Shown: piece by piece, positions 44,377-54,566 of the stretch
Position numbering within the stretch: the stretch's first letter is position 1
Layout of the letters: each line of letters starts with the position of its first letter
Program-made: the position numbers and the translations under genes
Origin: Nitrospinaceae bacterium
GTDB lineage: Bacteria > UBA8248
Direction of reading: 5' to 3'
Length of the DNA stretch: 64,000 bases
Assembly (NCBI GenBank): GCA_018669005.1
Contig: JABJAL010000020.1
Coordinates: 3,117-67,116 of the forward strand
The notes under the pieces: model-generated
Seen by the model: the letters and a program-made list of their open reading frames with translations, nothing else
Database searches by the model: none
What the model was told of the DNA's origin: nothing

Positions 44377-45384
44377 TTGATCATCGACCATCACGCACAC
44401 ATCGTCCCGGAAGGGATTCTGGAAGACCTTCGCGCCGGAAAATACGCACCCATCCTACGCATCGAGCAGGGCGAGAAATGGGAAACCCTCGTCCGCGAAG
44501 ATGAACTCTCCAGCAAGGTTCGCCAGACCCAGAATCGCATCCCGCCCGAGGCAGTCGATCCCGAGATTCGCCTCTCGGACATGAAAAAGATGGACATCGA
44601 CCACCAGGTTCTCTCGGCCATTACCGGAATGACATTTTATCCTTTAGAGGCCGGAATGGCGGGAGAGATCGCCGCCTCGCAGAATGAGGGCCTCGCCGCC
44701 CTTGTCGATAAATACCCCGACAAGTTCAGCTGTATCGCCGCCGTCCCGCTGCAAGACCCGCCCGCCGCCGCCGCCGAGCTTGATCGCGCGGTAAAACTTG
44801 GCCACAAGGGCGTAAAAATTGGCACGAACATCCGGGGGGAAAACCTCGACGATCCGGCGCTGGATGTTTTCTGGGACAAGGTAGTCTCACTCGACGTTCC
44901 GATTCTGCTTCATCCGGGCGACATCATTGGCCGGGAAAATCGGATGAAGGACTACTACCTCCACAACCTAATCTCGAACCCGCTCGACACCACCATCGCC
45001 GCCGCCTGCCTGATGTTCGGCGGGGTTTTTGACCGGTTTCCGAATCTCAAGATCATTCTTGCCCATCTGGGCGGCTTCACCCCGTGGATCAGGGGCCGCT
45101 GGGATCACGGATGGGAAGTGCGCGGGGAGCCGAGGGCCAAAGGCGCTAAATCGCCCGATGAATATCTATCGAAATTTTATTACGACACCGTGATTCACAA
45201 TGCCGATTGCCTGGAGTTTGCCGTCAAAACCATTGGCGCGGATCAGATACTCTACGGCACCGACGCCCCCTGGGACGTGGGCGACCTGGGCCCCGCGCGG
45301 GAGGTTCCCGGCCTCTCGGGCCTCTCCCCAGAAGATCAGGAGAAAATCCTCTCGGGCAACGCGAAGAAGCTTTTTAAGATTTAG
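44377..45384 (+). CDS. Amidohydrolase-2 (ACMSD-like metal-dependent hydrolase/decarboxylase) family protein
   Basis: The N-terminal HxH motif is IIDHHAHIVPE, with a TIM-barrel metal-ligand pattern. The start is TTG. Confidence 0.75.
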   Translation: MIIDHHAHIVPEGILEDLRAGKYAPILRIEQGEKWETLVREDELSSKVRQTQNRIPPEAVDPEIRLSDMKKMDIDHQVLSAITGMTFYPLEAGMAGEIAASQNEGLAALVDKYPDKFSCIAAVPLQDPPAAAAELDRAVKLGHKGVKIGTNIRGENLDDPALDVFWDKVVSLDVPILLHPGDIIGRENRMKDYYLHNLISNPLDTTIAAACLMFGGVFDRFPNLKIILAHLGGFTPWIRGRWDHGWEVRGEPRAKGAKSPDEYLSKFYYDTVIHNADCLEFAVKTIGADQILYGTDAPWDVGDLGPAREVPGLSGLSPEDQEKILSGNAKKLFKI

Positions 45385-45560
45385 GTGAAGAACTCTGAAG
45401 ATGGAAGGCAAGAGAACCAACGATGGCACCAAGTGACCGAGACGACCCGCGTGATATTCGCTATATGTCCGAAGCCGAACTAGCGGCAGAACTCTCCGTT
45501 TAGCAAAAATGCGCCCCCGGGGCGACGCATAGAGGGCGGCGATGCACCGGGGGTGAACGG

Positions 45561-46442
45561 CTAGAAAATGCGCCAGGAGATGATTCCCACTCCGAGGACG
45601 ATGAGCAAGGTGCCCGCGACGATGATGAACGTCACGCGCTCGTCCTCCTTGAGCACAAACCGGCTCAGCAGCAATGAAAACAGCGGCGCCGTCGCCGAGA
45701 GCGGGGTCACGATGGTCAGATCCCCGTAGCTGAGCCCGACAAAAAGAAAAAACATCGCGAGCGCGTTAATCGCCCCGCTCGCCGTGTAAAAGCGCCAGGC
45801 CTCCGGGCGGTCGAGCTGAGGCCGCTGGCCGGCGGGCAATAGCCGCGCGAGCAGGGCGAGAAACACCATCCCCGAGGCGCTCATCACCGTGATCGCCATC
45901 AGGGGCGAGCCCACCATCTCGACCCCCGCTTTGCGGAAAACGAGGGAGGTCGAGAACATCATCACCCCCAGAATCGGAATCCACAGGTGGCCCCGGCTCC
46001 AGCTTTTATCGCCTGCCTTTTTGTGGGTGATGACAATGCAGCCCAGCACGATGAGAAACGTGCCCGCCCAGATAAACGGCCCGGGCCGCTCGCCCAGCAT
46101 CCCCACCCCGAAGATCGCCGCGAATAGGGGCATCGTCGAGAGCAGCGGCATCGCCCGCGCCACCCCCAGGTGGTGAATCGCCGAGAAGTAGAGCACCCGC
46201 GCGATGGCCGGGCCCAGCAATCCCCCCGCCGCGAGGAGCACCCACACCCTCGGGTTCCACCAGCCGGGCTCCCAGAGCGCCCAACACAGCGCCGCCAGCG
46301 GCGGCACCGTCACCATAAGCCCGATCAAAACACCCGTGACCGCGTTGGCGTGGTGGCCCCCCCGCCGCACGATTACCGAGAACGTTCCCGTGGACATCGC
46401 CGTGAAGATCGAGAACATCCCCGCCAGCGCCGTCTCGTTCAT
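45561..46442 (-). CDS. DMT (EamA-like) family transporter
   Basis: 10 TM helices with two EamA-like halves. Confidence 0.65.
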   Translation of the reverse strand: MNETALAGMFSIFTAMSTGTFSVIVRRGGHHANAVTGVLIGLMVTVPPLAALCWALWEPGWWNPRVWVLLAAGGLLGPAIARVLYFSAIHHLGVARAMPLLSTMPLFAAIFGVGMLGERPGPFIWAGTFLIVLGCIVITHKKAGDKSWSRGHLWIPILGVMMFSTSLVFRKAGVEMVGSPLMAITVMSASGMVFLALLARLLPAGQRPQLDRPEAWRFYTASGAINALAMFFLFVGLSYGDLTIVTPLSATAPLFSLLLSRFVLKEDERVTFIIVAGTLLIVLGVGIISWRIF

Positions 46443-46548
46443 GAATTTTGTGTCATGGATAGGTCCCGGAAAAGGAGAGCTACTAGAAGGGCATTTTACC
46501 ACTGATGTGGGTTATACTAGTTAGCCTTTCATCATGAATATCAAAATC

Positions 46549-47772
46549 TCACTTCACAACGTGAATCTCTCGTATCGGGTATTTCTGAAAATTCTCGGCA
46601 CCATTATCAGTGACGAGGCAGACGTCCCCTAGCCAGATGCCCATTTTCTCATCCTCCGTCGAGGGCCAGCCCGTCACGCTGAGACAGGTATTTCTCCGGA
46701 ATACGAAATCGGGGTCCGTCACGGTGTCCCCCGCGCCCCGCACATCGGGGGGCTCGTTCCAGGTGGACCAGCCGGTAATGCTGGTCTTGGCCTTGTAGCC
46801 CGCCTTTTGGGTGTCGTCTAGACAAATTGATGTGAGATCCCCGACCCGGACCCCCGGCTTGATGGCCGCATGAAGATCGTGACTGGTCTTGGTCCCTAGT
46901 TGAAAAAGTTTTTCGTACTCAGGGGTGGGGTCGCCCATGAAGAAAGTCCCCCAAATTTTTCCGTAGTAGCCGCCGATGCCCGCCGATACTTCTGTCATCA
47001 CCACATCGCCCATTTCGATGGGCGTGGTGAGTGGATAGTAATGAGGGTAATCCATGTCGGGATCGCTCATCGGGGTGCGGCCCACGTGGCCCAGCGTCAG
47101 CCGGGCGTCCATGCCCAGCGCGGTTTGGCCCATGAGTTTATACAGATCGCAGGGACGAACTCCCGGGCGCGCCGCCGTCACCATGACATCGTAGACGGCG
47201 TCGGTGACGGCCGCCGACCGGCGCATGCGCTCGATTTCCTCCTCGCTCTTCGGCAGGCGAAGGTTCTCATACCAATTGGTAACAACCTCGAATTCGGCTG
47301 TGGGAAGTGCCCCAGTGATGAGCACATGCGCCTCGTGGGGCAAATTGATATTCAGCCAGCCCGTGTCGCCGACGATTCCGATACGCTTATTTTCAAGCCC
47401 GAGTTCTTTGAGGCGCTCGGCCACCGGGCCCGCGGAACCGCCCATGCCGCCTGTGCGCGTGAACATGCCGCCGGGCCTGACGTCCTTTATGACCGAGTTG
47501 TCACGAATATTTTTGACCTGGTTCGAACTCATGATAAACATGGTCGGGTCCTCGTTTAGGGGAAATACGAGGTAGGTCTGGCTCCACGAGGCCACACTGG
47601 TGAGGTAGACTAGGTTCGTCTGGCCGGGCTCCATGCCCATACCCCGACTGACGCCGTAGACGAGGAGGCAGTCAAGACCCTCAGCCGCCATGCCCTCACG
47701 GATGAGCGTGTAGCGTCTTTGATATTCTTCCTCGGAAAACCAGGGCCAAAAATAATTTGGACACTCGGCCAT
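46549..47772 (-). CDS. M24 family metallopeptidase (creatinase/Xaa-Pro aminopeptidase-like)
   Basis: A creatinase-like N-domain plus a pita-bread fold with a metal-ligand pattern. Confidence 0.75.
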   Translation of the reverse strand: MAECPNYFWPWFSEEEYQRRYTLIREGMAAEGLDCLLVYGVSRGMGMEPGQTNLVYLTSVASWSQTYLVFPLNEDPTMFIMSSNQVKNIRDNSVIKDVRPGGMFTRTGGMGGSAGPVAERLKELGLENKRIGIVGDTGWLNINLPHEAHVLITGALPTAEFEVVTNWYENLRLPKSEEEIERMRRSAAVTDAVYDVMVTAARPGVRPCDLYKLMGQTALGMDARLTLGHVGRTPMSDPDMDYPHYYPLTTPIEMGDVVMTEVSAGIGGYYGKIWGTFFMGDPTPEYEKLFQLGTKTSHDLHAAIKPGVRVGDLTSICLDDTQKAGYKAKTSITGWSTWNEPPDVRGAGDTVTDPDFVFRRNTCLSVTGWPSTEDEKMGIWLGDVCLVTDNGAENFQKYPIREIHVVK

Positions 47773-47829
47773 ACTCTTCTCCTTATTAAAAAAATGAATG
47801 TTCGCAGGAAAATTCGAAGCCCGTTGAAA

Positions 47830-49269
47830 TTAATTGTTGCCAGAAGCTCTCTCAGGGGTCGGCGTCGCGCCGGCGGGCTGGTTCATGATGGCATCGCGGC
47901 CACCATGCCGCTCGACCAGTGCCGCCTGGTCCGCCTTCGCCTGCTGATCCACCTCTTCGGGATCGAGAATTTCTCTGAGTTCCGCCTCCATCTCCTTGAG
48001 CGTCGCCTGATGCTCAGGGCTCGATGAGAGATTATTCAACTCCTCGGGGTCGGCCTCGAGATCAAAAAGCTCGGGCTCGTAATTCACATAGTAATTAAAT
48101 TTAAACTTCCCGCGGCGAATCATAAATGAGCCGGTATCGGCACCGGCGGCATGGTATTCGCTGAAGACCACCCGATCCGGGTTATCGGGCCCTTGAACGA
48201 AACCGTAAAGGGATTCACCCGGAAGCGAGGTGTCATAATCATCGAGTTCGACCCCAACCGCCTCAAGAATTGTCGGATAAAAATCGGCGAGTGACACCGG
48301 GGTCGAAACCACCTTTCCCTCGGGAACATCCGGCCCGGATAATATGAGCGGGATGGCGGCGGATTCCTCATACATCGTCCCCTTGCCCCAGGTGCCCCGG
48401 GCGCCCAGATTCTCGCCGTGATCCGAGACGTAGACAATGCGGGTGTTATCTGCTTGACCCGATTTTTCGAGGCTATCGAGCACGAGGCCGATGTTGTGAT
48501 CAAGGAACGTGCAGAGACCAAAATATGAGGCGATGGCGATTCGGCGCTTTTCGTCGTCAAAGTAATAGTCTGAGTCAATGCAATTTCTGAACGCATCGAC
48601 CCAAGGGTGGCGCTCGCCTTCCCTGGCCGGATGCATCTTGGGCATCGGAATCTCATCCACCGGATACATGTCATAAAACTCTTGCGGCGCCTTCATCGGA
48701 AAATGGGGGCTCACCATCGAGACGAACGTCATCCAGGGCCTGTCTGTTTGCGTGGGCGCCACGTTCTCGAGCCAGTGGCAGGATTTCTCTACAATATCGA
48801 GATCGTAGTTCGAATAGCTCGTTGGCCCGCCTCCAATCTCGCGGGCAAGCGCCTTGGCGCCCTGCACCGGCAGTGGGTCACGCACCGAGCCCGGCAGGCT
48901 GCCCACCCCCTCGCGCACGTGCATGGGCACCACCTGCTCATCGAAACCCGTGGGGTCCTCGGTGTTGCGGTAGTGGAGCTTTCCGATGGATATGACGGGA
49001 ACATCATTGTCCTGAAGACGGTGCCCCCAGCTTGGCACCTCTCCCATATAGGGATGCGCGTTGTCCCAGTTTCCAATTTCGTGGATGTAGCGCCCGGTAG
49101 CGAATCCGGCGCGCGCCGGCGTGCAAATGGGACAGTTCGTGTAGGCGTTCTCAAAGCGAGTGCCCGAGGCAGCTAGCCGGTCGATGTTCGGCGTTTTCAC
49201 GATCGGATGACCGTAGCAGCCCGACGCCTTGACGCTGTGCTCATCCGACATGATGAAGAGCAGATTCAT
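47830..49269 (-). CDS. Sulfatase (Cys-type arylsulfatase family)
   Basis: The motif is CPICTPARAGFATGRY (C-x-P-x-R formylglycine motif), with MSDEHS metal ligands. Confidence 0.85.
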   Translation of the reverse strand: MNLLFIMSDEHSVKASGCYGHPIVKTPNIDRLAASGTRFENAYTNCPICTPARAGFATGRYIHEIGNWDNAHPYMGEVPSWGHRLQDNDVPVISIGKLHYRNTEDPTGFDEQVVPMHVREGVGSLPGSVRDPLPVQGAKALAREIGGGPTSYSNYDLDIVEKSCHWLENVAPTQTDRPWMTFVSMVSPHFPMKAPQEFYDMYPVDEIPMPKMHPAREGERHPWVDAFRNCIDSDYYFDDEKRRIAIASYFGLCTFLDHNIGLVLDSLEKSGQADNTRIVYVSDHGENLGARGTWGKGTMYEESAAIPLILSGPDVPEGKVVSTPVSLADFYPTILEAVGVELDDYDTSLPGESLYGFVQGPDNPDRVVFSEYHAAGADTGSFMIRRGKFKFNYYVNYEPELFDLEADPEELNNLSSSPEHQATLKEMEAELREILDPEEVDQQAKADQAALVERHGGRDAIMNQPAGATPTPERASGNN

Positions 49270-49425
49270 TGGCTCCAAAATAATCCCTCCAACCAGCTAA
49301 AAGATACCGCACCCTTGAACACACCAAAAACAGCCCTTTTCTTGCGGCATAAAACAACAAACCGGTTGCAACCGCCCGGCTCATCGAAATGAGAATTATC
49401 TAACTCAAACAATCCCCATTATTCT

Positions 49426-49845
49426 TCAATCTTTCAGTTCAATGCGAACGCCCTCGAAAGGCCGAGTATCGATATTCTCGACCGCGTGGATGCCCTCGGG
49501 CTCTATCCAGTGGGGCACCCCTTCCCGCCTCCCGCCGGTGCGCGGGGTGGAGGAGCCGTCCTCAAGATAATAATTAACCTCCGGAAAGCTATTGATGATG
49601 AAAACACTCGACCACCTATGGGTGTGCATATTCTCGCGCTCGCCCGGCTTCACCAGGACATTAACCACCCGGACCTTATCGTTTTCAAAAACCACTTCGT
49701 GATGCTCGGGCGCGGCGATAACCGCGTCATAATTCTCGGGCGTGCCTAGAATGAATGGCGGCCTCCCGGGCCTGTCGTCTTTTGTAGCCGATTCTTCTCC
49801 CAAAATACTCCCCTTTTTTAAAATCTTCCCCCCCGTGGGCACCAT
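49426..49845 (-). CDS. Cupin-like hypothetical protein
   Basis: HTHRW and HAVEN motifs. The start is uncertain. Confidence 0.4.
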   Translation of the reverse strand: MVPTGGKILKKGSILGEESATKDDRPGRPPFILGTPENYDAVIAAPEHHEVVFENDKVRVVNVLVKPGERENMHTHRWSSVFIINSFPEVNYYLEDGSSTPRTGGRREGVPHWIEPEGIHAVENIDTRPFEGVRIELKD

Positions 49846-49897
49846 AAAAACGCCGCCAAACGTATGAAAACTATGGGACACGAGGATCAAATTGATG

Positions 49898-50737
49898 TCA
49901 GACTGAGGCACCAGCGGTGCGCGTCTCCTTGTTTACGGGGGCGCGCGAGTGGCCTATCTCATTATTCTTAGCTCGCGTTCTGAAAAGAACCGAAATTTTC
50001 TTTCCCGTCTGAACAACCTTTCGAATAATCTGATCCTGGCGACTTTTCGATATTCCCGTATAGGGCATCGCCGCCACGAGTATTGCCAGCAAATTACCAT
50101 TTGGACACAAAATGGGCGCGGCAACACCGAAGATATCGGGATAATGCTCCCCCTTACTCACGGCATAGCCCTGCTTTCGAATCCGCACCAACTCCTTTTC
50201 AACATCCTCTCTTCGCGTAATTGAATTTTCAGTGTATCGGCGCAGACCATGTTCCCGGATTAATCGATCAAGCCTATCGAAGGGCAAGTAGGCCGAGAAA
50301 AGCTTGGCCCCTGAGCCAACGAAATGCCACGTCCGCCGATTACCATGGAGCGAGTGCACACGGAGCCTGCCAGGGCTCTCGATGGTCTCGACAACCACAG
50401 TCACATCACCGTCCTCCACACGAATGGAAACGGTTGCCTGAATCTCAGAAGCCAGATTTTCAAGAAGGGGTCGCGCCTCGGGAACCAGATTGATGCGCCT
50501 TCCCGCCTCAACCCCGAGTTCAAACGCGCCAAAGCCAAGTGAATACTTGGTCGAGTCCGGACACATCTGAAGGAAACCGGCATCCACCAGGGTCTTGAGG
50601 GTGCGGTGAACCTGATTTTTATGCAGGCCCAACTCCCGGGCTATATCGCTCACCCCCCACTCAGGCTGATGCTCCTTGAAGATACCGAGTATTTCGAGCC
50701 CCCGTCTAAGGCCCTCGGAGCGATTCGCCTCTCCCAT
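49898..50737 (-). CDS. IclR family transcriptional regulator
   Basis: An N-terminal wHTH (LEILGIF...VSDIARELGLHKNQVHRTLKTL) and a C-terminal IclR effector domain. Confidence 0.8.
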   Translation of the reverse strand: MGEANRSEGLRRGLEILGIFKEHQPEWGVSDIARELGLHKNQVHRTLKTLVDAGFLQMCPDSTKYSLGFGAFELGVEAGRRINLVPEARPLLENLASEIQATVSIRVEDGDVTVVVETIESPGRLRVHSLHGNRRTWHFVGSGAKLFSAYLPFDRLDRLIREHGLRRYTENSITRREDVEKELVRIRKQGYAVSKGEHYPDIFGVAAPILCPNGNLLAILVAAMPYTGISKSRQDQIIRKVVQTGKKISVLFRTRAKNNEIGHSRAPVNKETRTAGASV

Positions 50738-51002
50738 ACCAAAACTCCTGTCATGCCGTTCACATTATGTGTACATCATCAATCTATATGTGTAAGTTCA
50801 GTTTCCGACTTCAACTACCATGAGTCAACCTATCCTCGGGCAAAATACCTTATCTTATTCAGTAACAATAACTTACGCTTCACATCTACCTACGACAGAT
50901 TCCCGGCTGTAGGATATGGTATGATAAACCATACTTATAAGGCGAGCGTCTTCGTCTCGATGTTTTCTAGCCTAATCTTTCTATTTAACGGAGACCTTAA
51001 AA

Positions 51003-53288
51003 GTGGCAGATCACGATATTCTCGGAAAAAGATATGCCCGCGATGATGGGAACGATATGGTCTCTGGTGATGCACTCTTCGTTGAGGACATCGAACCAGG
51101 CAGGCTCCTTTACGGTGCAGTGGTTCGTGCCGGTAGGCCCCATGCACGCATCCTCAACGTGGATACCGCCAAGGCCGCTCGTGCAAAGGGCGTCGTATGT
51201 GTCCTTACCGCCGAGGACATCCCCAACAATCGCTACGGACCCTCCTTTCCCGATCAACGACTCCTCTGTGATGATAAGGTGCGCTACGAGGGAGACCCCG
51301 TTGTCGCCCTTTGTGCCGAGAGTTGGGAGGAGGCCGAAGAGGCGGCCCGTCTGGTCAACGTCAAATACGAAGACCTGCCCGCCGTGCTGACCGCAGAGCA
51401 AGCCTTGGAGGAGGGCAGCCCCCTTGTCCACGAAACGCATCCCACGGGCAACCTCGTTACCGAGGGAAAAGTAATTCGGGGCGACGTTGAGGCCGGATTT
51501 GCCGAGGCCGACATCGTTGTCGAGGAGTGCTACCACTCGCAGGCGCAGGAGCATGCCTCGATAGAGCCACATCTTTGCATGGCACAGTTGGAAAGCAACG
51601 GTCGCCTGACGATCCACGTATCGACCCAAACTCCGTTTCGTATCCGGGGCGATCTGGCCAAGGTTCTTGGCCTGCCCCTCACGAAGGTTCGCGTCCTGAG
51701 CGCCACCGCTGGCGGCGCCTTCGGCGGCAAACACGAAATTATGCTTGAGGCCTTCGCCTCGATATGCGCCATGCGCACCCGGCGACCCGTGAAATTTCGC
51801 ATGTCTCGCGAGGAGGAATTCACCGCCTCGACCGTACGCCACCCCTTCAAGATGAACTACAAGACCGGTGTGACGCGGGACGGAAAGATCACCGCCGTCG
51901 AGATCAAACTGCTTCTGAACGGCGGGGCCTATGCCTCGGCAGGTGGTGGCGTGGCCGCCAAAGCGGCGCTCATGGGACCGGGCCCCTACAAGATAGACAA
52001 CATTCGCGCCGAATTCGCTCTCACCTATACCAACAACGGTTTCGCCGGCGCCGTCAGGGGATTCGGCGCCACCCAAACGTGCTACGCCTGCGAGCGCCAC
52101 ATGGACCTCATAGCACGCAAGTTGAACATGGACCCGCTTGAGCTAAGACGTCGCAACGCCATGAAAACAGGCGACCCGGCCCATAGTGGCGATGCCATCA
52201 CGAGTTGCGGACTAGGCGAGACGATGGACACCGCCACGAAGGCGGTGGACTGGGACAACATTGGTCGCGGCGCAAAATCCGCCTGCGGCACGAAACGACG
52301 GGGACGCGGAATGGCCGCGATGATTTATCCGGTTGCCGGTTTCGGCAATGCCACACCCAGCGCCGCCTTCTCCCGCGTGAACGAAGACGGCACCCTGACC
52401 GTCATCGTCGGCATCACAGACGTTGGCCAGGGCTCGAACGTTGTCCTCCGACAAGTGGCCGCAGAGGAATTAGGCATCCCGATGGAGCATGTCTCACTTA
52501 TCAACGGTGACACTTCAGTTTCTCCGTTTGATCCGGGCTCAACGGGCAGCCGCATTTCCCATCTCGGCGGCAAGGCAGTCAAAATTGCGGTAAGCAAGGT
52601 GAAAGCGCAGCTTCTAGACAAAGCCGCCGGCATGATGGAGGCCGCCCCCGAGGATTTACGTATCAGAAACAGCATGGTCTATGTCGAGGGCTCGCCAGAT
52701 CGAAAGATTCCGCTTAAAGAGGTCGCCCTAGCCTGCCACAAGGCATCCGAATTAGTTGTCAGCGAGGGCACCCACAAGTCGCAAGACCTCGGCGTGGACA
52801 AGACAACCCATCAGGGCAAGGGCTTTGAGTGCTATGTTTTCGCTACACAGTGTGCCGAGGTCGAGGTGGATATAGAAACAGGTGAATACCGCGTTCTACA
52901 TCTTGCCGCCTCGCATGACGTGGGAACCGCCATCAACCCGATGAACGTTGAAGGGCAAATAGAAGGCGGTGCGAGCATGGGCTACGGCTTGGGGCTTATG
53001 GAAGAGATCCAGATGAAGGATGGGCGTGTGCAAAACCCCTATTTCATGGATTATCACATTCCAACACCGACAGACATGCCGGAAAAATTCACCTCAATAA
53101 TTGTCCAAACCAACGAGCCAAGAGGCCCCTTCGGGGTCAAGGGCGTGGCAGAGCCATCCGTAAACCCAACGGCTCCTGCTGTTGTAAACGCGCTGTGCGA
53201 CGCCATCGGCGCGGAGATCACCGATCTTCCGGCAACGCCTGAGGCTGTTTTAAGGGCTTTGCAGAACAAAACTAAGACTATTTCGTAA
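51003..53288 (+). CDS. Xanthine dehydrogenase / aldehyde oxidase family molybdopterin-binding large subunit
   Basis: 761 aa with the Ald_Xan_dh_C and C2 pattern (GGAFGGK, the AQ..EVE active-site Glu region). Confidence 0.85.
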   Translation: MADHDILGKRYARDDGNDMVSGDALFVEDIEPGRLLYGAVVRAGRPHARILNVDTAKAARAKGVVCVLTAEDIPNNRYGPSFPDQRLLCDDKVRYEGDPVVALCAESWEEAEEAARLVNVKYEDLPAVLTAEQALEEGSPLVHETHPTGNLVTEGKVIRGDVEAGFAEADIVVEECYHSQAQEHASIEPHLCMAQLESNGRLTIHVSTQTPFRIRGDLAKVLGLPLTKVRVLSATAGGAFGGKHEIMLEAFASICAMRTRRPVKFRMSREEEFTASTVRHPFKMNYKTGVTRDGKITAVEIKLLLNGGAYASAGGGVAAKAALMGPGPYKIDNIRAEFALTYTNNGFAGAVRGFGATQTCYACERHMDLIARKLNMDPLELRRRNAMKTGDPAHSGDAITSCGLGETMDTATKAVDWDNIGRGAKSACGTKRRGRGMAAMIYPVAGFGNATPSAAFSRVNEDGTLTVIVGITDVGQGSNVVLRQVAAEELGIPMEHVSLINGDTSVSPFDPGSTGSRISHLGGKAVKIAVSKVKAQLLDKAAGMMEAAPEDLRIRNSMVYVEGSPDRKIPLKEVALACHKASELVVSEGTHKSQDLGVDKTTHQGKGFECYVFATQCAEVEVDIETGEYRVLHLAASHDVGTAINPMNVEGQIEGGASMGYGLGLMEEIQMKDGRVQNPYFMDYHIPTPTDMPEKFTSIIVQTNEPRGPFGVKGVAEPSVNPTAPAVVNALCDAIGAEITDLPATPEAVLRALQNKTKTIS

Positions 53289-53291
53289 GGA

Positions 53292-54128
53292 TTATTTGAG
53301 CGCGGGACCCACTGGCCACTCAAGGGCCGAAACGCCTATGAACCATTTGGGCTCCGGGCGATAACAGAGAAGCTTCGCCTTCGTGTCACCTGCCATAGCG
53401 GCGGCGGATAGCCAGTTTCGTAGCTCGTTTCCACCGTTTCCCCCAGCATCGATTTGCTCCTGGCTCCATCCGGCAAGGCTCTTGGCATCACCCGCCTCAA
53501 GCGGCCGGATGACCGACATGTCCCACTCTTCATCAATACGGCCAAGCTCCGGGGTGCCAATCCAATGCGCTGGCGCGCCGGTTGCCAGAACGGCCACGCG
53601 CTCCACCTTATCGTAGGCCTCAACCGCATGGCGCACGGCAATTCCGAGTTGATAGGCCCGGCGGGCCGGAGCAAGAGGCGGCGCAACGGTATTTTGCAGT
53701 ATCGGCACCAACGGAATTGCCGGGTCGCCCATCAGGACAAGCGGCGAGACTATCGAATGATCGAGATCTATTTCCTGGCACATCGCCGGATCGAAGTCGC
53801 TTTCAAGTAGCGATTCCACTAAATGTAGACCGAGATCGGGATCTCCCCTCCGGCCGCCATCCGGCTCTGGCATATACGCCTCGCTCGCCACATTACGAAA
53901 CACGGGTTGCACACCAACCGCCAGCGAGGGATGCCGATCCAGGAAAAGTGAGTGGAGGTGATCGTTTTCGAAAACGATTAGCGCCTGGGCGCCCCGATCC
54001 AGCATCGCCTTTCCGATACCCTCGTAGCAGGCGAAAACCTCATCGCGCACCTCTTGCGAAGGCTCATCATGCCGCAAAAGGAAAAGAGGGGTATGGGTAG
54101 CTGCATAAACACCGACAACCTCAGCCAT
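53292..54128 (-). CDS. ligB: Class III extradiol ring-cleavage dioxygenase, LigB family catalytic subunit
   Basis: LigB-type His/Glu ligand pattern at ~278 aa. Confidence 0.7.
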   Translation of the reverse strand: MAEVVGVYAATHTPLFLLRHDEPSQEVRDEVFACYEGIGKAMLDRGAQALIVFENDHLHSLFLDRHPSLAVGVQPVFRNVASEAYMPEPDGGRRGDPDLGLHLVESLLESDFDPAMCQEIDLDHSIVSPLVLMGDPAIPLVPILQNTVAPPLAPARRAYQLGIAVRHAVEAYDKVERVAVLATGAPAHWIGTPELGRIDEEWDMSVIRPLEAGDAKSLAGWSQEQIDAGGNGGNELRNWLSAAAMAGDTKAKLLCYRPEPKWFIGVSALEWPVGPALK

Positions 54129-54424
54129 CAGCTCACACCTCCCTGCGGCTCATAAAAAGAGAGCCCCTCAAGCGCAGCCCTGTATTCATCGTCGCTAATT
54201 CCCTTCCAGATTTGATAAACCCGGAGAAGGTAAGGATTCACACCCATGTTCCAGAGCGCACGAACATCCCCGTCTTTTACGGCGGAAAGCTCCTTGGCCG
54301 AGAGATTGAACGTTTCGATAAACGCTTCGGGATCCTGATCGAAGAGGGCCCGCTTGTCGGGAAACTGAATTTCGTGGACCAGTTTATTCAACTGATAATG
54401 AAGCATTATACGCCTCATACGCAC
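54128..54424 (-). CDS. ligA: LigA-like small subunit of aromatic ring-opening dioxygenase
   Basis: 98 aa, in a column pattern similar to protocatechuate 4,5-dioxygenase alpha (LN...F.D..A....NL.....AV...D......G.N.Y.L). It is translationally coupled to ligB (overlap at 54128). Confidence 0.6.
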   Translation of the reverse strand: MRMRRIMLHYQLNKLVHEIQFPDKRALFDQDPEAFIETFNLSAKELSAVKDGDVRALWNMGVNPYLLRVYQIWKGISDDEYRAALEGLSFYEPQGGVS

Positions 54425-54566
54425 AAGAAACGCGCCAGCCCGAAAATGGGAAGCTTAAAAAAATCACCCCCCCCTGGCGGGAAGGAACAAACATCAATTA
54501 TCCAGCAAAAAAAACCAGAGACTGCCTAGCTATGAAATTCCAGGACAGCGCCCCGAGGCATACTGC

